Source: a virus
Taxonomy: Duplodnaviria; Heunggongvirae; Uroviricota; Caudoviricetes
IMG/VR virus record: IMGVR_UViG_3300031418_000001
Length of the DNA: 64,000 nt
Direction: 5' to 3' (one strand)
Shown: positions 51,413-60,858 of the stretch, one piece after another
Numbering within the stretch: the stretch's first letter is position 1
How the letters are laid out: the number at the start of each line of letters is the position of its first letter
Notes under the pieces: model-generated
The model's input: only the letters and a program-made list of their open reading frames with translations
The model's database searches: none
What the model was told of the DNA's origin: nothing
Made by a program: the position numbers and the translations under genes

Positions 51413-52364
51413 AAGTAACTCCGGTTTAGGTTACAATCAATATGCGTACTTATTTAAACTAAATGAAGATAAGTACCTTACATGTAATAGCCCTCATGGT
51501 TCATTCTATGAAATTGGAGCTATTATTACTGATTTAGAGTATATGAATTTTGAGAAAGTACAGAAAGAAGAATTCTTACGTAACTCTCATATTCATAGTG
51601 ATTTAATTGAATATTTAACAGGCGGTAACAATGATTAAAGTACATTCGGTTCAGCACCAGTTCAGCCACTTCATCTTTATTAATGAAATTGAAAATGAAG
51701 TACTGCGAACCAACATTCAGGAAAGTATGAACAAACTTATGGAAGATGGGTCTTATATTCAGTTCCAGGGTTCATTTGGCTTTGTACTCGATTTGCAGGA
51801 TGACAAAACGTATGAATGGTCAGAACAGTTTAAAAATTTGCTGCCATTAAGCCTTACTGCCCGCGAGAAAACAATTGCTATCCTGATGGATTAATCTTGA
51901 TCTTATTGCCTGGTTCATGTACAATTCTCCTACAAAATCATGGAGTCAAAATCATGAAACAGGCAATGTTTATTTGTCTTGCATTAGCAGTTATTTTAAC
52001 ATTTTTAACACCAGTGACCGAATTTTACTCAAGTACATTAAATACTTTCTTCTACTGGAGTAGTATTATTCTGTACATAATATCTGTAGTCTTAATTGTG
52101 ATTGAGGAAAAGAAACATGGCTGGCCGTATCAAGATTAGTTACTCAGAAGAAACTGAACTTAAGTTAGATATGTTCCGTGAGCTTCGACGGTTACTTAAT
52201 GAAAATACGTCTGTACTTGTGATTACTGAGGTTAAAAAAGAACTTGAAGAAGTATTTGACAAATATGTTAAGTACTTCATGATTTTCATGAATCGTGGAT
52301 TGTTAGAATACAAGTGCCATTCTGAATTAACCGAAGAAGATTTTGAAAAGGTTATGTACGAACT

Positions 52365-52820
52365 ATGACAAAGAACTATGAGCAATTATTCTTTGACTTC
52401 GTAAGCAAGCTACACGACAATCTTCAGTACAGTATCGTCACCCATTATGAAAATGGGTGGGTTGGATATAAATTTGTTAATGGTATCGACATTGATACTG
52501 AACATTTTTATTACGATGGGTACTATGGTATTGATTTTAAGTTTGATGGATTCCGTATGTTCCTTATGGACGACTGTTTCTATTTTGTGGATCTTGAAGA
52601 AGAAGATAAAGATGTAAACACTATACCTGCTATTGATACCTGTTATGATGGCGGTACTGATATTGTGGATAAACACAGCTATTTCCAGTACTCAATCACT
52701 CATGATCTTAAAGGCATTCGCTGGCAGACTTTCCCTATGATTAAGAAGATAAGAGATACCTTCTTTGAAGGTGTTGGTACTCGTATCTATCTTGAAGATG
52801 GATTCCAGTTCATTGTATGA
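52365..52820 (+). CDS. Hypothetical protein, F(N/Q)-motif family
   Basis: IVDKHSYFQYSITHD. Confidence 0.7.
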   Translation: MTKNYEQLFFDFVSKLHDNLQYSIVTHYENGWVGYKFVNGIDIDTEHFYYDGYYGIDFKFDGFRMFLMDDCFYFVDLEEEDKDVNTIPAIDTCYDGGTDIVDKHSYFQYSITHDLKGIRWQTFPMIKKIRDTFFEGVGTRIYLEDGFQFIV

Positions 52821-53194
52821 ATCTAAGTGCAGAAGAATTAACTAATATCGAGAATAATATAATTAATTGTATAAAATGCATATATCTTGTTATGGGAACA
52901 TCTAACAATATGCACTACATCGACGGCCTAAACTATATTGGTCGTCTTGATGATAATTCCGTTGATGTATGGGTACAAACAAATTCATATCAGGATGACG
53001 TATTTTCTTTGTATTTTGATTCTTTTGGATACTATCATACACAGTACTGCATAGATATTACTGATTCTGGTTTTGATTTAGAAAATGATTTCTTCCAGAT
53101 CAGTACTGTATATCCATTTAAATTGAGTACTTACCAAGAGATAAGAAAACTCAGAATGGATATGATTGAAAAAGAAATTCTGTACAAAAGTTAA
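52817..53194 (+). CDS. Hypothetical protein, F(N/Q)-motif family
   Basis: LENDFFQISTVYP. Confidence 0.7.
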   Translation: MNLSAEELTNIENNIINCIKCIYLVMGTSNNMHYIDGLNYIGRLDDNSVDVWVQTNSYQDDVFSLYFDSFGYYHTQYCIDITDSGFDLENDFFQISTVYPFKLSTYQEIRKLRMDMIEKEILYKS

Positions 53195-53278
53195 GTACTT
53201 AATTTTAATGAAAAAATCCTGAAACGGATTTCTTTTATGTGCTATACTAATAGTATAGAAAGTGAAGGAGAGTAAAGA

Positions 53279-53422
53279 ATGCATCCGAATCCAATATATA
53301 GAAGTAATTCATTTGCTTATTATTTTAAACCAAAGCAGTATATTAAGAGTGATGAAATTAAGGAAGTATTAATCCCTAATAACGTTATTCATGTTGACTT
53401 TGTAAGTAAGAAGAAACGTTAA
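53279..53422 (+). CDS. Small 47-aa protein not in the ORF track
   Basis: Promoter motif at 53220, AAGGAG RBS, ends NVIHVDFVSKKKR. Confidence 0.55.
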   Translation: MHPNPIYRSNSFAYYFKPKQYIKSDEIKEVLIPNNVIHVDFVSKKKR

Positions 53423-53429
53423 GTACTAT

Positions 53430-53507
53430 CTCCCGTTAGCTCAGTTGGATCAGAGCAACGATCTTCTAAATCGTAGGTCACTGGTTCGAGTCCAGTACGG
53501 GAGGCCA
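53430..53507 (+). tRNA. tRNA-Arg(TCT)
   Basis: CTCCCGT/ACGGGAG, acgat-ctTCTaa-atcgt, CCA. Confidence 0.93.
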
Positions 53508-53512
53508 AATAT

Positions 53513-53597
53513 GCGGGTATGGTGAAATTGGTAAACACCGGAGACTTAAAATCTCCCGCTTAATTGCTTGTCGGTTCAAGTCCGACTACCCGCACCA
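53513..53597 (+). tRNA. tRNA-Leu(TAA)
   Basis: GCGGGTA/TACCCGC, ggaga-ctTAAaa-tctcc, variable arm, ACCA. Confidence 0.93.
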
Positions 53598-53620
53598 AAT
53601 AGTAAGTTCATGGAAGAACA

Positions 53621-54064
53621 ATGAAAATAGAATTACACGAACCATTTTGTAGCAAATGGAAATTCGGGTACTTGAGAGAAAGTCCTGATAAAAGGAAAAG
53701 AATTGATTTATTCAATTCCAATGAAGATAGAACCACTATATCTTATTCAAGATACTTAATGTCAGTTCATGTTGGTAGGTTTCTTAATGATGATGAAGAA
53801 GTAGATCATATTGATGAAGATTGTACAAATGATGATATTAATAACCTTCAGATTTTATCTACCGAAGAACATCGTAAGAAGAATTCAAAAAGTAATAGTA
53901 CTGGAAGAACAGTTACTGAACTTAAATGTGAATACTGTGGTAAAGATTTTATACGTGAAAATAGAAGTATAAGAAAAACAAACTATATTTCATGTTCACG
54001 AAGATGTAGTGCACTTATTAACAATGCAACTAAGAATTTAAAATTTTCTAAACAAGCACCTTAA
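53621..54064 (+). CDS. HNH endonuclease
   Basis: RYLM....GRFL...EEVDHIDE...ND.INNLQIL...H; C-terminal CxxCGK..CSxxC. Confidence 0.85.
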   Translation: MKIELHEPFCSKWKFGYLRESPDKRKRIDLFNSNEDRTTISYSRYLMSVHVGRFLNDDEEVDHIDEDCTNDDINNLQILSTEEHRKKNSKSNSTGRTVTELKCEYCGKDFIRENRSIRKTNYISCSRRCSALINNATKNLKFSKQAP

Positions 54065-54090
54065 TGGTGCTTTTTTTATAAGGAATCAAA

Positions 54091-54507
54091 ATGAGGTATG
54101 TATTATTTGCGATTGCAATAATCTTATTCTTCGTGAGTAAAGATTATATACAGAATGATTACATAATGCCTAAAGAACATCCTACCGTTCTTGAGAAATT
54201 AGGTCTTGATACTTACAAAGACAAGTACATACCATATGGTGTATTCATGCTTGTAGATGGAAGAGAAGTTAAATTACCAGTAACTACTGAGTTCTATGAA
54301 ACAATTACAGTAGGAACTAAGGTTACTGTTCCTGTTAGACAAATGACTATTAAGTCTACTATCAGAGAAGATGTACTATTCATTTTCATGCCTGTAATCA
54401 CATTTACTGTCGTAATCATTGCTAATATGGCACTGTTTATATTGAGCCTTGAACGTTTTTTTAAAGACATTAAACAGTACCGAGAATGTCGGAGAAAACG
54501 AAAATGA
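54091..54507 (+). CDS. Hypothetical membrane protein
   Basis: Two TM segments, AAGGA RBS. Confidence 0.65.
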   Translation: MRYVLFAIAIILFFVSKDYIQNDYIMPKEHPTVLEKLGLDTYKDKYIPYGVFMLVDGREVKLPVTTEFYETITVGTKVTVPVRQMTIKSTIREDVLFIFMPVITFTVVIIANMALFILSLERFFKDIKQYRECRRKRK

Positions 54508-55764
54508 ATATTGCACTAATGGTTGACTATCAAGCTGTCATTAAAGAAGCAGCTATACATTTAGGTACTAAACCTGAGAACTTAAAAATGTATTCCTGGT
54601 ATCTGATGTTTTCAAGTACTGCTGGCCCACGTACTGGTGTTATTGCGGGTCAGGCATTTACTGAATTTCAAGTACTTGGATTTGAAGACAAGCACACTCA
54701 TACATTTATTAAGTACTGCGATGGTGTATGGAAAGATTGGACTGGTCGTATTGGGGTACATTGGTAATGACTTTTGAAGAACTTAAAGTACGTATTAAAG
54801 ACAATAGTAATGTTGTTCTACGTGCTAATAAATCATTCGTAAAGAAGTACTATAACATTCGACAGGATCTTAATTGCGACAGCATTATACTTATTGCTGA
54901 ACTTGAATTATCTGGTAGTTATCATCGTAATCATGTTAAGATTGAAGAAGAAGTTATTGCTGGCGGCTGCAAATTTCTACGTGAGCACAATAAGAACATG
55001 TCAAGTGATGAAGCAATCCTGATTGCACATGCTGGTGGTAACAGTGATGATGGTCATGGTCTTGCAGTACTGTTCATTCATAATGATGAAGACTGTTCTG
55101 GTATTGAAGTACTTAACGTTTGTGAGTATGAGGACTGTGGATTATGAATATCAACAACCAGCTTACAAATAATCACGGAAAATTCCTATCAGAACTCTCT
55201 GCTTTGCTTGCAAAACACGACGCAAGCATTACAATAGAGACTGATTGGAGTGAATATTCCGGTATGACTATCAACTGTTCAGGGTCGAAACTTGACGTTG
55301 GTTGTACCAAAGAATTATCTCCAACTAAAATTCGTTCAGCCTTACGTAATTACGAAAACCGTGGAGAATAAAAATGTACACTCTCATCTTTATGGCATTA
55401 CTTAATACAAATGTAAGTATCGTTGCCCCTGGGCTGGATCATCAAACATGTACTGATACATTACGTGATTTGGTGGGTTCAGTACGTGGAGTTGGGAGTG
55501 TTCGTTTTTCTCGATGTGTACCACAAGCAGATATTACCCTTAAAAATCAATACGGTCTTGATGATCTGATGAAACAGGATCAAGGTAAATGAAGGACTTC
55601 ATTTGGTTTTTAATAGTAGGATCTTATGTACTTCTGATATATGTAGCAATAGCCCAAATATCTTGGGCTTTATTTGATTTCATTGATACGGATGAAATTC
55701 ATATATTGATGACAATTGTGGGTGTAGTATTCTTCCATAAGAAATTACAATTCAGGGGTGAGCT

Positions 55765-56142
55765 TTGACTTATTTTAGTCCATTAATGAAGAATGTTAAA
55801 AATATATCAGAAATACTGGATACATTTGAGTTTGATCCTCCTGCATTTTTCAAAAGTACCGAAGTTGAAGAATATATCAGGATTCATTTTAACCAAAAAG
55901 ATGAACCCGTATTCAACATCCGTTCTCAATACAGTACTGGTTATATATACATTCATGAAAAGTTTATTAAAATGAATGATTATGATGAACAGGGTAATTT
56001 ATCACCGATTAAATTTAGTACTGAAGCTGAAACAGAAATAGATATGTTCCAGCTACAATTAATGCAGAACTATCGTGATATAACTTTTGAAGATATTCAG
56101 AATTGCAATAAGATATATGAGTACTTCAGTAGCAAAGTATAA
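55765..56142 (+). CDS. Hypothetical protein, F(N/Q)-motif family
   Basis: ETEIDMFQLQLMQNYRDITFEDI. Confidence 0.7.
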   Translation: MTYFSPLMKNVKNISEILDTFEFDPPAFFKSTEVEEYIRIHFNQKDEPVFNIRSQYSTGYIYIHEKFIKMNDYDEQGNLSPIKFSTEAETEIDMFQLQLMQNYRDITFEDIQNCNKIYEYFSSKV

Positions 56143-56150
56143 GGAATATA

Positions 56151-56504
56151 ATGAAAGGAGTCATCGGATTATTATATTGTACTGAACTTAATGAGTTCAT
56201 TGATACAAGTACAAATGATAAAACATTCAGTACTGATGAAATTACAGTTAAAATATATAAGAACAAGAATGGTGATCAATGTATTGATTATACTATCATG
56301 ATCATATACACCATTACTGTCAATTTAAATAAAAATAGTACCAAAATTAAGGGTTCTTATAATAACTGTTATATGGAATTGCCATATGATTGTGAAGATA
56401 GAAATGAATTCTTCCAGTTAAATTGTTATTATGATTTCCATGATTTTAAGTTTGAAGATTTAATTAAAATACAGGAATGGACAAAGTACTTCCTGACTTT
56501 ATAA
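56151..56504 (+). CDS. Hypothetical protein, F(N/Q)-motif family
   Basis: CEDRNEFFQLNCYYDFHDFKFEDL. Confidence 0.7.
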   Translation: MKGVIGLLYCTELNEFIDTSTNDKTFSTDEITVKIYKNKNGDQCIDYTIMIIYTITVNLNKNSTKIKGSYNNCYMELPYDCEDRNEFFQLNCYYDFHDFKFEDLIKIQEWTKYFLTL

Positions 56505-56511
56505 GTACAAT

Positions 56512-56730
56512 GGGGCATGTTCCAAGAGGGTCGATTGGGCGAATAAACTATGAACGTCGCTGGCGTAAAAGCCGTCTGTTAACTGAATCACTGAATGTCT
56601 CAGAAGCACCTATAGCGGCCTGACAACAGGCGGGGAGAAACAAGCAAGGGAAGCGTAGTCTAAGGTGAGGAAGGCGTATAGCGAGAGTTATACGTAGCAG
56701 AAAGTACGGGTTCGAATCCCGTATGCTCCA
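56512..56730 (+). ncRNA. ssrA: Compact tmRNA (219 nt)
   Basis: GGGGCAT/ATGCTCC-A acceptor with G3.U70, T-arm acggg-ttcgaat-cccgt, TAACT then tag frame ESLNVSEAPIAA* (56585-56623). Confidence 0.7.
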
Positions 56731-56744
56731 CAAAAGGAATAACA

Positions 56745-56990
56745 ATGAAATACGAAACTGATATTAAAGTTACACGCATTAATAAAAGATACCATGCAAG
56801 GTTATTTGTTAATGGTAATCTTTATGATGAAATGGCATGTGAATACCGTACTGATATAGGGTTTATTTGTCGTCAGATGTTACGTAATGCTGATAAAATG
56901 GGTATATTTAATGCACATACTGAATCAGCACGTAAACGTATTACTACTTCTAACACTCATGGTAAAATCTGGTACAGGAATAAGTTATGA
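56745..56990 (+). CDS. Hypothetical protein
   Basis: 81 aa, AAGGA RBS. Confidence 0.65.
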   Translation: MKYETDIKVTRINKRYHARLFVNGNLYDEMACEYRTDIGFICRQMLRNADKMGIFNAHTESARKRITTSNTHGKIWYRNKL

Positions 56991-57337
56991 AAGAGATATT
57001 TGAAGATCTTCAAAACTTAAGGTACAGTGAACTGATTGATAAAAAATTCAGAATTGATGAAATAACATGTTCTGTTCGTTATACTCAACGTGGTATTGTT
57101 TTATTATTTGGTAATAAAGGTTATACAATAATATGTAATATTGATAATCATATCAGAATTATCTATGCTAATAATGATAAAACTAATGATTGGAGTATTC
57201 CATACAAATGTGAAGATAAAAATGAATTCTTCCAGTTAAGTACCAAATATGATTACCATAATATGAGTTATGAAGATTTATATAACTTCCAAATCTTGTG
57301 CGGTGATATGATTAAAAGGAATTTAAATGAAGGATAA
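56987..57337 (+). CDS. Hypothetical protein, F(N/Q)-motif family
   Basis: CEDKNEFFQLSTKYDYHNMSYEDL. Confidence 0.7.
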   Translation: MKEIFEDLQNLRYSELIDKKFRIDEITCSVRYTQRGIVLLFGNKGYTIICNIDNHIRIIYANNDKTNDWSIPYKCEDKNEFFQLSTKYDYHNMSYEDLYNFQILCGDMIKRNLNEG

Positions 57338-57987
57338 AAAATATAAAATTGTATATGGTGGTGCTCAGGATCATCAAATGCGTATGGTATATACAGTCTA
57401 CCAGAAAAGTAAATTTTTATTCTGGAAGTACTGGAAGATATGTAAAACCTATACCAATAGACTTACTTATGCTGAATTCGAAACAAAAGAAGAAGCAGAA
57501 AATTTTATAAAAATGAATCTTAATTAAGTACATGATTTTTTTAAAATTTTCGTGAAACAAAAACAATTTATATCCTATACTATAAGGGTAAGGTAAAGAA
57601 AATGAGCCTGATACATAAATTCGATTATTATACTGGTGAACCTATTACTGGTCAGCATATTAAAACTATTCTTTCATTTGGGCTTGAAATTCTTAGCATT
57701 GAAGCTGATAATTCTGGTGCAATTTATGTTTTAATTGCCGGTACATTCGACCAGCATCAGTGTATTAACAAAGACAGTGAGTTAGCAAAACTTTTTCGAT
57801 TAGCTTGAAAAAAAGCTGAAACAAATCAAAAAGATGTGCTATACTAAAAGAGTAAGACACGGAATCACGCAGCAAATTAAAAAACAAATCTTATCTGAAA
57901 AAAGAATCTTGCAGTTCAAGTCTGCACTACGCAAAGTCTTACATTAGCGTAGCCACGGTGGAGATATGTTTTGATTCCAGTTAATAC

Positions 57988-58060
57988 GTTCCCATCGTCT
58001 AACGGCTTAGGACGGCTCCCTTTCACGGAGCAAATCGGAGTTCGATTCTCCGTGGGAACG
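57988..58060 (+). tRNA. tRNA-Glu(TTC)
   Basis: GTTCCCA/TGGGAAC, gctcc-ctTTCac-ggagc. Confidence 0.92.
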
Positions 58061-58157
58061 CAACATAGTTCCTCCTTTTCTATGTGTGTTGTGGTTGTTA
58101 TGGATTCTGACAGCAATTTAAACTCTTATGCTAAAGAAAAAAACGGAATCCAGTTTT

Positions 58158-58233
58158 GCACAGATGGCTGAAAGGTTGAGGCAACGGATTGCAAATCCGT
58201 ACTATGCAGGTTCGAATCCTGTTCTGTGCTCCA
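58158..58233 (+). tRNA. tRNA-Cys(GCA)
   Basis: GCACAGA/TCTGTGC, U73-CCA, acgga-ttGCAaa-tccgt. Confidence 0.92.
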
Positions 58234-58411
58234 ACATTGTTAAGTACTTTCATAGTAGAGTACTTAATAATGAATTTAGGAATCTAACAGCAACTTTAAA
58301 ATCTTATGCTTAAAGAAAAAAGAATAGATTCCTGTTAAAAAAGAATTATGGATACTTACAGCAACCTAAAAACTTTTATTGGAAAAAGAAAAACGGTATC
58401 CAGTTAAATTT

Positions 58412-58495
58412 GTGGGGCTGGCAGAGCGGTCGATTGCGGGGGACTGTAAATCCCTTCCGAAAGGCACGGTGGTTCGAATCCATCGCCCCACACCA
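58412..58495 (+). tRNA. tRNA-Tyr(GTA)
   Basis: GTGGGGC/GCCCCAC, gggga-ctGTAaa-tccct, variable arm, ACCA. Confidence 0.93.
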
Positions 58496-58519
58496 AATTA
58501 GTAAGAGATATAATGGATT

Positions 58520-59041
58520 ATGTCAAAAGTTAGTAAAATTAATAGTATATCAACAACTGAATTTAAAACAATTGTTGAATCTTGTTTCTCTATAAGAGAA
58601 ATTGTCGAGAAAATGGGATTTTCAAGACAGAGTGGAAGTATGGCAATTAAAGTTAAAGAGAGAATTGCCAAAGAACAAATAGACACTTCACATTTTTTAG
58701 GTAGATTGTCTGTAAAAGGAAAACATATCCGTATTGAAATGGAAGATATATTAGTAAAGGACTCAACTTATACTAATATATACATGCTTAAAAAAAGACT
58801 CGTAAATGATAAACTTCTTAAGTATGAGTGTCAACTGTGTAAAAATGATGGTACATGGAATGGTCAAAAATTAACTTTACAACTCGATCATATAAATGGA
58901 GATCATAAAGATCATAGATTGGTCAATCTAAGGTTTTTATGCCCAAACTGTCATTCACAAACTGAAACTTTCTCAGGTAGAAATGTTAAAAAATACCCTG
59001 AAGTTATCACACTGGTAGGTAGGCCACCCATTATCCAGTGA
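58520..59041 (+). CDS. HNH endonuclease
   Basis: YECQLC....WNG..LTLQLDHING...DHRL.NLRFLCPNCHSQT. Confidence 0.9.
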   Translation: MSKVSKINSISTTEFKTIVESCFSIREIVEKMGFSRQSGSMAIKVKERIAKEQIDTSHFLGRLSVKGKHIRIEMEDILVKDSTYTNIYMLKKRLVNDKLLKYECQLCKNDGTWNGQKLTLQLDHINGDHKDHRLVNLRFLCPNCHSQTETFSGRNVKKYPEVITLVGRPPIIQ

Positions 59042-59159
59042 TGCGGAACGATTAATTAGTATAACGATAACTATAGAGGTATAGTGCACACCGGTTCAGG
59101 TACTATATTGATATAGAGACAATAGTACTATGAAGGTGGTTCGAATCCACACTTCGGGG
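58996..59159 (+). ncRNA. tRNA-like RNA with enlarged body (~164 nt)
   Basis: 9-bp closing stem ccctgaagt/acttcgggg next to T-arm gtgg-ttcgaat-ccac. Confidence 0.6.
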
Positions 59160-59259
59160 CGAAAGGTTTTTTGCTTTTCAATATATATCTTATCCTTAAT
59201 CAATAGTATTCACATCCGGGTATGAAAATATCGAGTACTATTTCTTAAGATAATATTAT

Positions 59260-59342
59260 GGGGATGTGGTGGAATGGCAGACACGGCAGTTTTAGGCACT
59301 GTTTCCTTTGGAGTGAGAGTTCGAGTCTCTCCATCCCCACCA
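59260..59342 (+). tRNA. tRNA-Leu(TAG)
   Basis: GGGGATG/CATCCCC, gcagt-ttTAGgc-actgt, ACCA. Confidence 0.92.
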
Positions 59343-59350
59343 ATTAATAC

Positions 59351-59421
59351 AGGGGCTTAGCCAAGCGGTTAGGCGGCTGTCTCCAAAACAGTTGAGGCGT
59401 GTTCGACTCATGCAGCCCCTG
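59351..59421 (+). tRNA. tRNA-Trp(CCA)
   Basis: AGGGGCT/AGCCCCT, gctgt-ctCCAaa-acagt. Confidence 0.9.
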
Positions 59422-59440
59422 CAAATATAAGTACAATATT

Positions 59441-59803
59441 ATGAATGAACTTGAAACTATTATATTTGAAGTACATGATCATATAATCAACAATAAGCAT
59501 CTTGATGAAGATATTTTATTTAGATTATATAAAAATAATATAATAATTAAGTACTTTACCTTTACTCTTTGTCTTAAAAAACAACATTTTATATTTCAAC
59601 TTGACCCTACTGGTCTGGTTCGTTATTTCGAACATTATGTAATCGAGAAAGATTTACATTTTGAATTGAACATAATGGGGTTAGGTCTTTGTAACTTAGA
59701 ATGTGTACAGAAGATGATCGAATTACGAGAATGGCATGGGTTAACTACTAATATTGAGGCTAATTTTTTGATTGATTACCATGAAATTTCATCAACTAAT
59801 TAA
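59441..59803 (+). CDS. Hypothetical protein (weak F(N/Q)-family similarity)
   Basis: IEKDLHFELNIMGL. Confidence 0.6.
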   Translation: MNELETIIFEVHDHIINNKHLDEDILFRLYKNNIIIKYFTFTLCLKKQHFIFQLDPTGLVRYFEHYVIEKDLHFELNIMGLGLCNLECVQKMIELREWHGLTTNIEANFLIDYHEISSTN

Positions 59804-60036
59804 GTACATTGAACAGGATAGAGATTTATATCAGTACGTAAGAGAACATGTACAAAATAAACCGAGAGTGTACGGTACTGAAATGTACAATACTTTGTGT
59901 TCTATACTTGAACACTTTGTGAATGATGAACTAAGGTTCGATTACATATCTGATGTACTTGATGCTTTAACTGGTCAGTGTCATGTGAATTGTATTATTG
60001 GTACTGGTGATTATCACCTCGATAAAGGTAATTAAA

Positions 60037-60858
60037 ATGATTACTTGGTTAATCCAAGATACTGCGAGAATGTATTCAGCAGTTGAAAATGAAATTACAC
60101 CACTCAATAAGTTGGGTTTTCAATTCAGAACCTTTGGTGTAATTCCATTTACAAATACTATTACTGGTCTTGATGATTTAGATCCTAACGGAAAATATAT
60201 CGTTCGTGGTGGAACCAAGATTGTAGACTTGTTAAGTACTGGCGTATCTGATAATCTTTCTCCTGAGCTTATGGAAGCACTTGCTAAAGGTGTATCATAT
60301 AACAGGATGAACTTTGACCAAGCTTATTATTCTGAATTGGATTTACCATTACTGAATGCTAAACCAGAAATTCTGGATTTAAACGATGATAAGAATCTTC
60401 ATGCATCATTCAGTACTGATAAGTTTGTTAAACCAAGTTCAGATCTTAAAGCCTTTACTGGTGGAGTAATGGAAGCTGGTGAAGTACTTAAGTACTTCAT
60501 TGAAAGACATTATCACCGTTCCGGTTATGCAGAAGAAACTGCACTGGTTCATGACGTTGAAGAAATTAATTCAGAGTACCGATTCATTTGCTTAAATGGT
60601 AAAGTGCTACAGGGTTCACAGTATCGTGGTAAACATGATCTTAAACTGGATGCTAATATTCCTTCTGAAATGATGAATGCAGCAGTTCAGTACGCTACGT
60701 TATACAAGCCAAGTGATTTATACACGATGGACTTAGCTGATACTCCTAACGGTATTAAAATTGTAGAGTACAATTGCTGGAATGGTTCAGGTTTGTATGC
60801 AATGAATGTAGAAGAACTTTTCACTAAGGTTCAGGAATATTATGAAAGTAAAAGCTAA
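60037..60858 (+). CDS. ATP-grasp protein (DUF4343/R2K-like)
   Basis: FVKP..DLKAFTG, EYRF, MDLA....GIKIVEYN. Confidence 0.75.
   Translation: MITWLIQDTARMYSAVENEITPLNKLGFQFRTFGVIPFTNTITGLDDLDPNGKYIVRGGTKIVDLLSTGVSDNLSPELMEALAKGVSYNRMNFDQAYYSELDLPLLNAKPEILDLNDDKNLHASFSTDKFVKPSSDLKAFTGGVMEAGEVLKYFIERHYHRSGYAEETALVHDVEEINSEYRFICLNGKVLQGSQYRGKHDLKLDANIPSEMMNAAVQYATLYKPSDLYTMDLADTPNGIKIVEYNCWNGSGLYAMNVEELFTKVQEYYESKS

Larger units (their letters stand above)
57861..58402 (+). repeat. Four related CAGCAA small RNA units (57861-57978, 58101-58152, 58278-58333, 58349-58402)
   Basis: Each has a closing stem GGA..TCC, CAGCAA, an inner CTT..AAG hairpin, an A-rich linker and a cc(a/t)gtt end. Confidence 0.75.

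Noticed and set aside
57861-58402. CAGCAA units as CRISPR repeats or preQ1 riboswitches
   Set aside because: The repeats are not identical, spacing is irregular, they precede tRNAs rather than ORFs, and the preQ1 loop consensus is absent.
58996-59159. Selenocysteine tRNA
   Set aside because: The 13-bp acceptor/T stack is suggestive, but there is no UCA anticodon arm in the expected position.
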